The notes under the pieces are model-generated. The model searched no databases. It was not told where the DNA came from and saw only the letters and a list, made by a program, of their open reading frames with translations. A stretch of DNA of 64,000 bases, from IMG/VR virus record IMGVR_UViG_3300048919_000175, positions 11,900-75,899 of that record; one strand, written 5' to 3'. Source of the stretch: a virus. Position numbers and translations under genes: made by a program. Positions 37,670-49,370 of the stretch are shown one piece after another; the stretch's first letter is position 1; the number at the start of each line of letters is the position of its first letter.

Positions 37670-38644
37670 ATGACAGCAGCAGTTGAAAGCATGGCATACG
37701 TTGGTGCGACCCCGTGGCACGGTCTCGGCGCAAAGCTGGAAGGCATTGTCGGCGTTGACGAAATGACGAAGGCCGCTGGCCTCGACTGGCAGGTTTCGCA
37801 GCATCCAATGTTCTGCCAGATCGGCGACGAGCAGGTTGCGATCCCCAACAAGGTTGCGGTAACACGCGACACCGACAAGAAAATTCTCTCGGTCTCTTCC
37901 GACGCATGGAAGCCGCTGCAGAACCGCGACCTGATGGAGTTCTTCCGCGAATATGTGGATGCAGGCGCGGCAACGCTGGAAACGGCTGGCTCGCTCCGCG
38001 ACGGGAAGATCATTTGGGGTCTGGCCAACATCAACAAGGGCTTTACCCTGAAAGGCCGCGACAAGGTTGACGGCTATATCCTGCTCAGCAACAGCCACGA
38101 GCCGGGCTCTTCCATCCGCGTCATGACCACGATGGTCCGCGTGGTTTGCCAGAACACGCTGAGCCTTGCTCATAGCCGTGGCAAGGACGAATATCGCCAG
38201 TCGCACGTCAAGGACTTTGACGTAAGCGCCGCAAAGCAGACGATCGAGCTGGCCCGCGAAGCCGTGGACCTGCACAAGGAAGAGGCCATTGCGCTTTCCA
38301 AGCTGGAGCTCAGCGCCTTCGACGCCATGAAGGTACTTGCCAAGCACTTCCAGCCGGAAATGGCCGAGGACGATCTGGACGTGAAACTGCTGATGCAGGT
38401 TCCGGCCGCACAAAGCCCGGTCCTTTCGGACGTGCTGTACTCGGTTGTCTCAGCGCCCGGCGCACTGCCTGAAAGCGCTTGGGGCTTGCTGAACGGCGTG
38501 ACCCACTACTTCGACCACGTTGCCGGTCGTTCGCCGACGCAGCGCCTGATTAATGGCACGTTTGGCAAGAACTCGCAGGTCAAGTTGGACGTGCGCAAGG
38601 ACCTGCTGGAAATGGCAAACTACGACATGGCCCGCGCCGCATGA
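37670..38644 (+). CDS. DUF932 (TIGR03299-like) phage/plasmid protein
   Basis: MAYVGATPWHGLG, AAGLDWQV, QN, ETAGSL..G, RVVCQNTL, AWGLLNGVT. Confidence 0.85.
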   Translation: MTAAVESMAYVGATPWHGLGAKLEGIVGVDEMTKAAGLDWQVSQHPMFCQIGDEQVAIPNKVAVTRDTDKKILSVSSDAWKPLQNRDLMEFFREYVDAGAATLETAGSLRDGKIIWGLANINKGFTLKGRDKVDGYILLSNSHEPGSSIRVMTTMVRVVCQNTLSLAHSRGKDEYRQSHVKDFDVSAAKQTIELAREAVDLHKEEAIALSKLELSAFDAMKVLAKHFQPEMAEDDLDVKLLMQVPAAQSPVLSDVLYSVVSAPGALPESAWGLLNGVTHYFDHVAGRSPTQRLINGTFGKNSQVKLDVRKDLLEMANYDMARAA

Positions 38645-39055
38645 GCAAGGGTAGATCACATAATCGCAACTCGCGCCGTCTAGCTTTGCTGGCGGCGCGT
38701 GAGGCGTTTTGGAAGCGGGAAGCCGGATACTATCCGCCGGGCAGCACGGGCAAGCCGCCCGTATGGACCCGACTATGGCTCCAGCGGCGCGGCTACCGGC
38801 CATTGCCGAAGGGCTTCAGATTGCCCAAGAATGGCTCCAGAATGCGTTTCGTGGGCGCTGGCTACCATCCTAGCTTTCCAGCGCTGGAGCCGCCAGAGCA
38901 GCCCGTGAGCCGCCTGCATAGATCGGGCGCTAAACCGCCAGTGATCAAATTCATCGAGGCCCCAATCGACGACCATGTCCTTTGGGTCCGCGAAAAGAAA
39001 ATCGAAGAAATATCAAAGTATTTCTTGGTGCCAGACCATTTACTAGGGAAGTGAT

Positions 39056-39484
39056 ATGCTGACGCATTTGCGAATTATATTTCCGATCGAGGCCGATATC
39101 CCCAATCTGTTGCGGTTGGACCGAGACCCCAACTGGCCAATACTTGCGAAAGTCTGGCATAAGTGCCTCCATTGGAATGAAGACGGTGTGCCTAACTACT
39201 TGCCAGACATGGACATCCATGTAGGCGTGGAGCGCAAGCCGGAGACGAGTTTCTTCGGCAAGCTGGAAGTGCCGCCCGCGCAAGGCTTGATCCGTGGCGA
39301 ATATGTGCGGTTTGAGCGTTCGGTCAACGGAACGGCTTGGGGCTGGCTGACCTTTGCGCCGCGCTACGACATGCAAGAAGGCCCGGAGATATGGGCTGGA
39401 GACTGGCACCAAACGTTGCACGGGGAAGAGCCGGGCAGTGCGCTATTCTGCTATAAACTGGAAATTAACCTTGAGAGCGAATAG
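39056..39484 (+). CDS. Hypothetical protein
   Basis: ORF. Confidence 0.5.
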   Translation: MLTHLRIIFPIEADIPNLLRLDRDPNWPILAKVWHKCLHWNEDGVPNYLPDMDIHVGVERKPETSFFGKLEVPPAQGLIRGEYVRFERSVNGTAWGWLTFAPRYDMQEGPEIWAGDWHQTLHGEEPGSALFCYKLEINLESE

Positions 39485-40804
39485 CCCTTGCGCACGCTGA
39501 TAGGTCCATTAAAAGGATTATCAGTCAACAAGGAGAACGCAAATGACTGCAGAATTTCTCAAGCGCAAGGCGATGGCCACCATTGCGCTCATGCATCCGG
39601 AAAGCTTCCGCCCTGAACAGGTGGAGCAGGCGGCTTCGTGGGTTCTGGATAACGTGGCCACAAACGAAGACCTGCCGTTGCGCGATGCGGCGGCACGGTT
39701 CTTCGACGACAACGTGGAGCGATTATATGCGTAAGATGGCATGCTTTACGGTCCAGCTGGAGAACGGGCGCACATGGCGCTCCTGCCTCTATGCCGTCGA
39801 CCAAGCTGAGCGGGTGGCGCGACTGTTGCGCCACCTTGCGCCCGGCGCGATCATACAGTACGCGACGGAGGAATTCAACATTTTCAACACGGCTGGCGGG
39901 GTCATTGACGACTTTGGCCGCTGGCGCATGGAGGACGGAAATGCTCAGGGTCCATTGGGTCAAGACTGACGCAGAGGCTAGGGTTTGGGCGCGCGAAAAT
40001 GCCGGGCAGTTCATGTCGGCGTTGCGTCACCCCTTGGACAACCACGAGGTTATCCGTGGCATGAAAACCGGACGGTTTACCGCCGTTGCGGTATGCATGA
40101 ACATGGCGACCGGCTGGCGCATTGAGCCGAACGAAGCGGAAGTCACCTTTGCGGACGACTTCCCGGACGATGGCCCATGGCGCATTCAGGCGGCGGCGCG
40201 TGTACAGGTTCCAGTGCAGGGCGTCAGGCTTAACAAGGAGCTGATCCCAAGGCAGGTGGAGGCCCCCGACGATGGAGGCGAATAGGTGCAAACTTTGCAA
40301 CCGCATCTTGGCTACAGAAGAAAGCGCAGGTCTTGCGCGGGACTGTGGCGGCGATTGTTGGGGTTGCATCGGCGAAATTGAGGCAGATATGGGCTATGCC
40401 CCGAGCGTGGCCAAGTACAATCTTGAAGTTGAGCAGGGCTTGCGCCATGGCCCGAAGAAAGGTGTATATGATGGCGGGGAGTAGATGCATATACTTGAAC
40501 GTGCCGCCCGACGCCGACGGGGTCAAGCGTGTGCGTTCCAATTGGGCTTACAGGTGCGAATTCCCCGTTCCTGAATACCCATTGCCGGTAAGCGTTACGC
40601 GATACTACGATTTCAAGTGGCCTCCTATCAAGTCCCAAGTGATAGCGCCCGAGTGCCAGAAATGCCCGTGCTTCACTGCGAAGGCGGAACCCGTCGGGGA
40701 TTGGTTGCTGTGAAGCATTAACCATAACCCGAATAGGCTATTGCGCTTCGAAATGGATCGTGTACTGTGAACGCATAAATAAACAAGCGTTCAGGAGAAC
40801 GAAC

Positions 40805-41497
40805 ATGAGCAAGGTGAATGTTGAGAAGTTGAAGCGGAAGATCGCTGCCCTCCTTGCGAAGGCGGGCGGCACTGACAATCAGATTGAAGCGGAAGCATTT
40901 GCTGCCAAGGCGCAAGCATTGCTGACCGAGCATCAGCTGGAAATTGGCGACGTGGTCAAGACCGACCCGATCGAGCGGACCGTGATCTTTGTTGGCCCCA
41001 AAACCAAGAAGGACTGGCACGGCCTGCTGCCGAACGCGATCGCCAAATATTACGGCTGCAAGTGCGTTGCGTTCCACGAGCAGGGCATTATTGCTTACAC
41101 GGCGGTAGGCCGCGAGAGCGGTCGCGTCATGGCGGCGGAAATGTTCCCGTTCCTGCTGGAGCAGGTACGCCTGAAAGCGCTGGAATACCAGAAAGTTACG
41201 CTGTTCAGCCGCAAGCGTTGCATGAACGACATTGTGCATGCTTTCGTGTTGCGCCTTCAGACCCTGATCAAGGCTCAGGAGACCACGGCGGCGGCAACTG
41301 GCGGGCATAGCCGGGCGCTTGTGCTGGTAGACGAGGCCGAAGCGTGGATGAAGGAACACATTAACGACCTGACGCCCGGCAAACGGACCACGTTGCAAGT
41401 CAACGGGCTTTCGGAAAAGCTGGCGGGCGAAATTTCGCTGGCAGGCCAGATTACCGACGGCGACGACGGCAAGCCGCTGGCCTTGGAACACCATTAA
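40805..41497 (+). CDS. DUF2786-domain protein
   Basis: KIAALLAKA...EAEAFAAKAQALL..H. Confidence 0.75.
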   Translation: MSKVNVEKLKRKIAALLAKAGGTDNQIEAEAFAAKAQALLTEHQLEIGDVVKTDPIERTVIFVGPKTKKDWHGLLPNAIAKYYGCKCVAFHEQGIIAYTAVGRESGRVMAAEMFPFLLEQVRLKALEYQKVTLFSRKRCMNDIVHAFVLRLQTLIKAQETTAAATGGHSRALVLVDEAEAWMKEHINDLTPGKRTTLQVNGLSEKLAGEISLAGQITDGDDGKPLALEHH

Positions 41498-41502
41498 CAG
41501 AA

Positions 41503-41632
41503 TAGGGCAGGTATTCAACTCTCCTGCCCTAACTGCCTTGGGGACTTAGCCCTGACCCCGCAAACCGACCCAAGGCATGGCTTCCGCCCGTGGATGTAAC
41601 AAATCATCCTTCCACGGGCGGAAGAGCCGTTT
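41503..41632 (+). ncRNA. Three-hairpin intergenic structured RNA / attenuator candidate
   Basis: Stems 41503-11/41523-31, 41534-42/41569-77, 41581-94/41611-24. Confidence 0.4.
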
Positions 41633-41650
41633 TGCAACCGTGGAGCGAAA

Positions 41651-42304
41651 ATGAGCGATATTGATAAAATTAAGCGCGTGCTAATGGAGCAGCACGGCGC
41701 GGACCAATTCAACAGCTTCGAGTTTGTCGGCGGACCGGGCAATACGCTGGTCAAGTTCGACACCTTGGGCGATTGCTGCATTGCGCTGGTCGACCCCGCT
41801 TGCCGCGTGATTTGGGCGCACTCGCTGGCCTGCCGATATGAGGGAGCCGCCGCGCCGAAAAAGTACATGCATGAGCTGTTCGAGGAAGAAGAGCAACGCA
41901 TGGTTGATGCAGCCCGCGTGCGCCCGGTAACGCTTGGCGAAGTGAAATTCCATCTTGGCTTGCCGCCGAGCAGTAACCCGACGCTTATGGCAGCAGTACA
42001 GAAAGCCACAGAGCAGCCCGTGGAAGCGCTTGCACCTAGCTTGGCTAGTGAGGTACTGGCAGAGGCCTTGGACGCGCTGGACGGCTACAGAAAAGGCGAG
42101 CAGGAGGGGTTCATTACCCCTGAGGCCATGCGGTTGCTGACCGACTGCCACGGCTACGATTTCAAGCTGAACGTGCGCGGTGACGAGGCCCTGTTCTGGC
42201 GCGGCGGCGAGTATATCTGCAAGCTGCCGTATGTCAAAGGTTGCGGGTTTGAAATATCCGTTGCTTCCGAGTTCCTCGACGGAGAGCGCATTGTCGTACA
42301 ATAG
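41651..42304 (+). CDS. Hypothetical protein
   Basis: GGAG RBS. Confidence 0.55.
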   Translation: MSDIDKIKRVLMEQHGADQFNSFEFVGGPGNTLVKFDTLGDCCIALVDPACRVIWAHSLACRYEGAAAPKKYMHELFEEEEQRMVDAARVRPVTLGEVKFHLGLPPSSNPTLMAAVQKATEQPVEALAPSLASEVLAEALDALDGYRKGEQEGFITPEAMRLLTDCHGYDFKLNVRGDEALFWRGGEYICKLPYVKGCGFEISVASEFLDGERIVVQ

Positions 42305-44387
42305 GCGCACTGTACTTGAAAACAACTTGCTGCGCCGCCTTGATAAACTTAAGGCGGCAAAGCTGTTCTTGGACCATTGCTATATCCTCCGACGGCAGGG
42401 CAAGCCGCAACGCATTGTTGAGGCCAAGAACGATATTCTATTCTGGAAGCGGCAGGCGGACAACGCCGCACGCGATTTGCTGAGGGACATCGATAGTGAC
42501 CAAAAATCTGCAGGTTCTCGTTAACCGTAATCGCACCGAGCTGAATTTACTGATTGCCCGGCGCGAGGAAATGGATAGGCTGATCCGCGAAAAGGTGGAA
42601 CACTTGAACCGGCTCAAGGCCCTTGGCTACGAGCGCGGCGAGGAGGCAGTATGACGCTTGCACAATTTCTCAATGCCGAAGCTACCCCGGCGAACATTGC
42701 CGCCATTCTGGCCACGGCTGAGCGCGAAATGGACGTGCTGTACGCGAATGGCGGTCACGTGCTGGATGCAAACCATGTGCCGATTTTCGATCGATCCGAC
42801 GTAGAGCTGAGTTGCAGCTACGGCGGCGGCACAACCGTCATGGTTGAATACGGCAGGCGCAAGGCCCGTCGCCGGAGACCATACCGGATTTATTGGGTGG
42901 CTGATGAAGGCCGATGGCACATGGCCAGCGACAACGGCGACCCCGTTGTTATCGCTTACAATCTCTGGTCACTCGTTGACATGGCCCATGGGCACCCACG
43001 GTTTACGGATTAATCAGCCATGATCGAAACAATATTCTGCATTGCATTCTTCTACTGGTTCATCGCTGGCACGTTAACCGGCAGTACCGACCCGCGCGTG
43101 CAAGTGCGCGAGACGATAGAGTGGCTGATGAAGGACCCGAGAGGTAAAGATTAACCATGCCGGGAAAACCGCCAAGAGAAGGCTTGCCAGACACTGGATT
43201 TTCTGGGATACCGGGATGGCTAAGGATTTTCATTTTCGTTGCGGTCTGTGCCACGGGCGGCATAGGCGGCGCGATGATAGCCGGAAAGGTGATACCGACG
43301 ATGAAACCAATTTTGCTGGCATTCGTGCTGCTGCACAACACGCCGACCGGGCAGGACGAGGTCATGCGCCTTGTGGTCCCGGAAGAGCAGTGCTTGCGCA
43401 TGGAAAAGCAAGTATGGGCCATTGATTGGCCCGTGGTAGCCTATCCCCAAGGGATGCAAGCTTTGGGCGAAGATGGCAAGCCGGAAGAGATACCGGTAAC
43501 GGATGCGGCGTGCTTGCCCTTGGGGCAGGGACATATCACGAAAGGACCAGTGCAGTGACGATTTTCCAGATGGACGACGGCTGGACCGACCACAGTTCGG
43601 AAGGCCCGTGCCTTGAGAATTACCAGAAGGCCGGTTACACGGTCTTCAAGGGCATTGGCGACAAGGAGACGCGGATTATCACCCCAAAGGAGCGCGAATT
43701 TGCGCGGTGCGGCAGTACGGAAGTCGCGCGGGCCATCGTGGACAGTCTGGTAATTGTGGACGAGCTGGCAAAGACCAAGGGCAAGCCGAAAGTAAGGTTC
43801 ACTGTCGTCAAACAAAGGCAATGGAACCCGCGCGTGTTGCGGCATGACGTTGTAGACAATCAACTGCAGATGGAGGTCTTTCACTGGTATGGTGAGACCG
43901 GCAAAGCCAAGTGCGAGGCAGTCGCCGCCGCGCTAAACGCCTTGGGGCATGAAAGGGATTAGCTATGAAAACCGAATACCATGTTCTTGGGTGGCTAACC
44001 ATTAGGCAGTTCGCAGACGCCATTCGCGGGCTCGGCGATGGCTGGCGGCTCATTGCCCAAGGCAAGACGCCCGGCTCTTCCGGCGATGAGCATTTCGACT
44101 GGCTGCTATGCCGCGAGGAGCCAGAGCCGGTTGAGGCCATTGTCTACGAAATGCGTTTGGAGAACGTGTTCATGCACCATCACGAAAAGGTGGAGCAGCT
44201 CGCGGCGGATGGCTGGCATGTGGTTAGCTCATTGTCCGTTGTAGACAGCGGCAGTCCGCGCCACAACGTCCTGATGCAGCGCCGCAAACCGCCCGGTTGC
44301 GACCACGACTGGGAAGACGGATTTAGCATGAATGGGCCGACACGGACGTGCCGCAAGTGTGGCAAGTGGGAGAGAGATTGACACAGA

Positions 44388-44422
44388 AAAGCCCGGCTCG
44401 CTAGGGATCGAGCCGGGCTTTC
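44388..44422. terminator. Bidirectional terminator
   Basis: AAAGCCCGGCTCG-N8-CGAGCCGGGCTTT. Confidence 0.8.
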
Positions 44423-44577
44423 AGCCTATTGGGAGGAGGCCAGTCGCCGTGGAGCGCAAGTGGACCATAGCACGGCCAGCGCGCCGCGCAACAGGATTTG
44501 TTAACCATATTGGTGACTTGCCCTTGCAACCGGGCAGGTAATCAGTATTGTTGATTTCAGTCAACAAGGAGAACGTT

Positions 44578-44796
44578 ATGTCGTACCTAATCAAGCGCCA
44601 ACAGGCCCTTGCCGCAATCCTCAAGGCCCTTGGCCCGCATGCCGAAAATGTTGCTATTGGCATTTCTGTCAATGGCGTTAATGGCGTGGTCCGCAATATG
44701 GGCAAAACCGACTTGCAGGCAATTGCAAACCTTTCTGGCATGCCAGCGCACGTTTACCCCGCCTTGGGGCTTATCGAGTGGCAGGTGGACCCCTAA
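44578..44796 (+). CDS. Small early protein
   Basis: AAGGAG RBS after cassette promoter. Confidence 0.6.
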   Translation: MSYLIKRQQALAAILKALGPHAENVAIGISVNGVNGVVRNMGKTDLQAIANLSGMPAHVYPALGLIEWQVDP

Positions 44797-46026
44797 TGGC
44801 AGTCCGCAAAGGCGACCACGTTTACGTGATGGACAAGGGCGCTCGCTATTATGTGACGCGCCAAGGCCGCGTGCACCTGCCGCGCTGCTATACGGATGTC
44901 ACGGCAAAGCTTACCGAACGGGAACGGTTGCGCATACGCTACCGAGCGATGAAGAAGTGGAGCAAAGCATGAACAGTCTGGCATTACTGAACAAGGCCCG
45001 GCAGTTGCGCCGGGCGACCGTTGTCGCGTTTGATTGCGACGGATGCATGGCCCATGACCACAAGCTGAAATGGATTGGCCATGTGGTCAGCGTCGGTCCG
45101 GGACTGGAAGGCGTACATGTGCGCGTCATCAAGGAGCCTGCACGCGGGCCGATGGACGCCCGGGACACCGACCTTGGGACAAAGCGGTTGGCAGTTGAGG
45201 ACACTTCCCTGCAATGGGTCGCGCCCGGCCTTTTCTTCTGGTATAGGTGACCGATGCGCAAATTCTTCGTGCGGCTGCTGGTAGCGGCTAACGTTTTCTC
45301 TGCAGCCGTGGCGGCGCTGCTTATAGCGCTGACGTACCTGCCATGAGTGGGCGTAAGTGGCGTTTGCGCAGTTCTCAGCGCTACCAAACATGGACCGGCT
45401 CGTGGGTCGTGACCGCCTACCATACCGGCGCGGTCGTGTTCCCTTGGGCGCTGGAGCTCAGCTGGAAGAACGAGAAGATTACCGGCTTCCGCACGCTTAA
45501 GGCTGCTCAGACCGAAGGCGCACGGCTGCTGGAAGAAAAGGAATGGGAAGGCGCTGGTCGTTAACCGCTTGTTAACAGATTGGCGCTATGGTGCGCTCAG
45601 TCAACAAGGAGCAACGCACATGGAAACGGTTATCGTAGTTTACACGGTCGTGGTCGCGCTGGTAGTCGGCGGCGGCATGTGGTTCACGCGCGGGATGAAG
45701 CTGTGAAGCTGGAAGATGTTAAGGACATAGACCTGCTACGGGCAGGGCTGGTTTCTATTGACGAGCTTGAGCATGATGGCGCGGTAATCGCTGCCTTCGA
45801 ATGCGGCTTGATCGCGCCCGTACACGATTGGTCCAAAACCCTTGGGGACTTGGCCGACGAGCCGCCTTACCAGTTCTGCAGGGATTGCGGGACCGTGCGT
45901 CGCAGCCCATGGCCGATGGACCCCAACCAACGGAAATTAAGCGGTCGTTAACCATACGCCGACAAGCCGGTTGCGCCTGTCGTGGAAATCAGTAGAGTGA
46001 TCTCAGGTTAAACGGAGAACACGGCA

Positions 46027-46221
46027 ATGAAGACTTACACCCTTGAAATTTCCTACCTGAACGGCGACATGGCCCGCAGCAGCCAGACCTGCAAGTACCT
46101 TGGCGTGCTGATAAACAACGCCGAGCGCAAGGTTGCGGAAGTTATGCAGTCTAACAGCAAAGCAGCGTTGAAGCGCGAGGCCGCGACCTTTGGCGATTTC
46201 GACCTGCTGGACAAGGCTTGA
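46027..46221 (+). CDS. Small early protein
   Basis: GGAG RBS after cassette promoter. Confidence 0.6.
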   Translation: MKTYTLEISYLNGDMARSSQTCKYLGVLINNAERKVAEVMQSNSKAALKREAATFGDFDLLDKA

Positions 46222-46329
46222 CGCCGACTATTAACCGGTCGTTAACCATAGCCGAACAGGCCCCAAGTTTGGGGCTTGCATGGCGCGTGGAAATCAGTAG
46301 AGTGAAGTCACCAACAAGGAGTGACGCAC

Positions 46330-46524
46330 ATGACCAAGTTTATCGTAGTTCTCATGTTCAAGAACGCCAAGCGCCCGGCTTACGATGCGGGCGTCTATCC
46401 GGCCGTGCACGCCAAGAAGTACGCCGACCGCTACGACAGCCGCGAGGCCGCTGAGCGCGTTGCCAACCGGTGGGAGCGCTCGTGGTTGCAGCCGCGCACG
46501 ACGATTGAAGAGGTAGCCGAGTAA
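46330..46524 (+). CDS. Small early protein
   Basis: AAGGAG RBS after cassette promoter. Confidence 0.6.
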   Translation: MTKFIVVLMFKNAKRPAYDAGVYPAVHAKKYADRYDSREAAERVANRWERSWLQPRTTIEEVAE

Positions 46525-46700
46525 TGGAAAAGGTTGTTGCCGCATTTGCCGCCAATCCGGCGCTTGAGACCGCCCTGAGAGTGCACGCGCACTTGGCAAA
46601 GCACCCTATGGCCGAATGCATGGCCACGGACGCTCAGCGGGCTTTGATTTACCGTGCGCGGCTGATCGCCGCTGGCCGAGACCCCAAGGAGGTTATGTAA

Positions 46701-46913
46701 ATGTTTAATTTTCGTAGCGCCAAGCATGGCGGCATCTGGTTCCTCTCGTTCGGACGCCTGAATATCTCGTTCAGCGTGACCAGCCGCGCCACCTATGAGC
46801 GCCGCCAAGCCGAGCAGCTGGAGGCCCGCATCGCGGCAATCATGGCGGCTGATCTGGCCGAGGCCCGACGCGTGGACCTGTTTGCGGCCGAGCTGCTGAA
46901 AGCCTGCCGTTAA
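46701..46913 (+). CDS. Small early protein
   Basis: AAGGAGG RBS. Confidence 0.55.
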   Translation: MFNFRSAKHGGIWFLSFGRLNISFSVTSRATYERRQAEQLEARIAAIMAADLAEARRVDLFAAELLKACR

Positions 46914-47030
46914 CTCGCCGTTAACTATAAGTGGATAAGCGGGTCTGGGAGGGGTTTACCTTCCCGGAGAAATCAGTATTGTGATCTCCATGAGCAACGG
47001 CGCTGAGGCGCAAACCTGATGGAGATTAAA

Positions 47031-47243
47031 ATGGCTGCTGCAAACTTCAACCGCGAATTCACGATCGAAGCCCCGAAGACCTATGCCACCAAGGAAAACA
47101 GCCAGAAGGCAGTTGCGAAGAAGCAGATGGAAGGCTACCGCCATTTCCATATGCAGAACGCTGAGGGCCGCTGGTTCCCGGTCTTCGTTGGCATGGAAGC
47201 GATGCAGAACGGTATTCACTTTCACTTCAACGTTGTGGCCTGA
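47031..47243 (+). CDS. Small early protein
   Basis: GGAG RBS, strong codon bias. Confidence 0.65.
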   Translation: MAAANFNREFTIEAPKTYATKENSQKAVAKKQMEGYRHFHMQNAEGRWFPVFVGMEAMQNGIHFHFNVVA

Positions 47244-47304
47244 GGCCAAGGCGGAAAGTGCCTCCCTGCTGACGCAGGGAGGGCCGCTGAGGGCGCTGAC
47301 GCGC

Positions 47305-47814
47305 CTAGAGAATAGAGCGGGCTTGCTTGGCTTGCAGCGCCACGACCTGATCATGGGTCATGGTAATGCGGCGCTGCGTGACCGTAAGCTTGCCTTCCGC
47401 GTCGTACGTCTCGTCCTCTTTGATGCGGTAGTAACCGCCATTACCGTCCTGATAAATGAAGCTCTCGCGCTCCTGCTTGAGCTGCGCTTGCCGTTCGGTA
47501 TTCTTGCGATTGAAATGTTCCCGCCGCGCTTGGTCAACTGAGCGCAGACCGGCCTTCCAGCCGCCGTATCCGCGCGCCGTGTAGTCTGCATCCACCATGC
47601 GGAAGTCAACCCGTATGGCCTCAAGGAAGGCCTCTACCTTGGCCTTGTCGGCGTTATGGTGGCGTGCCAGTAGCAGGAAATTCTTTTCCATTAGATCGAT
47701 CAGGGCGGTCGTTGCTGCCTTGGTGCGGTCGTATTGTGCTTGGATTTGTCCCATAAGCTCATCTGCCTCATGCGGCGGGTTCTGCCTATACGGGTGATAT
47801 GTTGTATTAACCAT
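47305..47814 (-). CDS. Hypothetical protein
   Basis: AGGAG RBS; coupled to the upstream ORF. Confidence 0.55.
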   Translation of the reverse strand: MVNTTYHPYRQNPPHEADELMGQIQAQYDRTKAATTALIDLMEKNFLLLARHHNADKAKVEAFLEAIRVDFRMVDADYTARGYGGWKAGLRSVDQARREHFNRKNTERQAQLKQERESFIYQDGNGGYYRIKEDETYDAEGKLTVTQRRITMTHDQVVALQAKQARSIL

Positions 47815-48110
47815 TACTTTCTCCTGTTACGTTCTCGTAGTTCTTGGTAGTAAGCATATCGCCCGGTCTGGTCGCGCTTGGGCTTTGGCGTGCCCTTAAT
47901 GCGCTTGTTGACCATGCTTACGGTATCCGCAACGCTATCACGAATTTCCACGTTCCACTTGCGCATCTGCTGGTAGCGCGGCCATACGTCGTCAGGCGCG
48001 CCGGTCACGGCTAGAAGGGCATGCCGGGCTGTTGCCGTCCGCCATGACTGGAGGGCATCCAGCACGTCTTGGTAGGCGTTTTCCATGGCATCAAAATCGT
48101 CTTGGCTCAC
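47814..48110 (-). CDS. Hypothetical protein
   Basis: GGGAG RBS, GTG start. Confidence 0.5.
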   Translation of the reverse strand: MSQDDFDAMENAYQDVLDALQSWRTATARHALLAVTGAPDDVWPRYQQMRKWNVEIRDSVADTVSMVNKRIKGTPKPKRDQTGRYAYYQELRERNRRK

Positions 48111-49010
48111 TGATTATCTCCCATGGCCCGTGGGCCTTTTGGTATGGTTTTGTGGCGAGTTCACATTGGACAGCTTGTATTTTGTGAGGCCGCTGGCAAA
48201 TTATTACAATATTAATAACCTAGTAGCAAGGCGGAAGACCATGGGCTAGTTGTAAGTCATTGCATTGATAATGGGCAAAGGTTGGGTTTGTAAGGAAAGT
48301 AAACCAAGGTGCATGGATGGCTGTTTTGCGACCTTGGCCCATTGGCCCCAACAAAAACAAGGAGTTGCGGAGCGAAATGTAGATCACAAAGCATTACCGT
48401 TTATATACTTGCTTTGTTATGAGGCTGTAAAATTTTTTTAGCCATTAGGAATTAATTATTATAAAAAGTAGTAGTTAAAATAGTAGTATAGGACAAACCA
48501 AGGTCGTGAGCGGTAATGGTTTGTACTTGCCGCACGCCCGGCATTTCCGAATTCTACTGTCGCGGCTGGCCAATATACGATTTTCCAGACCCGCTTAGAG
48601 AACTGCCTGTTTTGGGAATTTGGTTTAACCTTTCGTCGCTGAGGCCGGTAGGCTGGCCAATACTTGGGCGGCACCCGCACCTCTCCCTCTCATTCTCGGC
48701 ATTTAGACGACCGTCCTTTTGTACATACTGACTAAAACATGTACTTAGTACACTTTTGCCCTGCACCATGGGCCTAGCGCCCTGCACCTTGCCAGCCTAG
48801 ACATGCGCACACTGCCACAGAGACAGTCAAGGAGCGCAATGGGCCATGGCCCTAGTACCATGCACCCGCCAGCGTGCTAACGCGCTGTACGGCCTGCTCC
48901 GTGGCAAACAAACATTCAAGGAACGCTATGTAGTTCCATAATGCATGTTATGCAACAACAGCAAAAGCTAATATAACCCCTGCCGCTGGCCCTCGGCACC
49001 CTAGACATGC

Positions 49011-49026
49011 TTAACAGATCGTTAAC
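49011..49026 (+). promoter_or_regulatory. CtrA box
   Basis: TTAA-CAGATCG-TTAAC. Confidence 0.65.
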
Positions 49027-49220
49027 GCATACAATTTAATTAAAATGCCACCAAATCGATCTACTCCTAGCGACGATCTAGTGCCCCGCTGCGTCGCGTC
49101 TCCGTGTCTTTTAAATTCCACCAGAATTCTTTTCAACGAAAGGTTGTACGTTTTAAAACCATGCCGGTTGGGAATTGGCCATGGACGATTTGCAGAAAAC
49201 AGTTTTCCAATTTCCATGGT

Positions 49221-49258
49221 AAAAACACCTTGTATTTTAGCCAGTCCTCCCTTATACC
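49221..49258 (+). promoter_or_regulatory. Operator copy 4 + sigma70-like promoter upstream of the Y-RNA-like gene
   Basis: AAAAACACCTTGTATTTTA; TTGTAT-N17-TATACC. Confidence 0.6.
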
Positions 49259-49370
49259 TACCCCATGCGCCATGGGCGATCGGAGAAGGCACCGGGCCGA
49301 CAGCCCGTGCGATGGTATCCTTTCGTTTGTCAAACTTGGCGCTAACTCGATGGCCCGCCGAATAAAGCGA

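Larger units (their letters stand above)
44501..47030 (+). promoter_or_regulatory. Array of repeated CtrA-box + sigma70-like promoter + RBS cassettes driving tiny genes
   Basis: CtrA boxes at 45561, 45937, 46231, 46910. TT(G/T)NNN-N10-AATCAG-TA(G/T)(A/T)GT promoters at 44524, 45971, 46276, 46955. Confidence 0.75.

Noticed and set aside
44500-47030. CRISPR array or integron
   Set aside because: The repeats are degenerate promoter parts separated by 300-1400 bp of genes; no cas or integrase gene.
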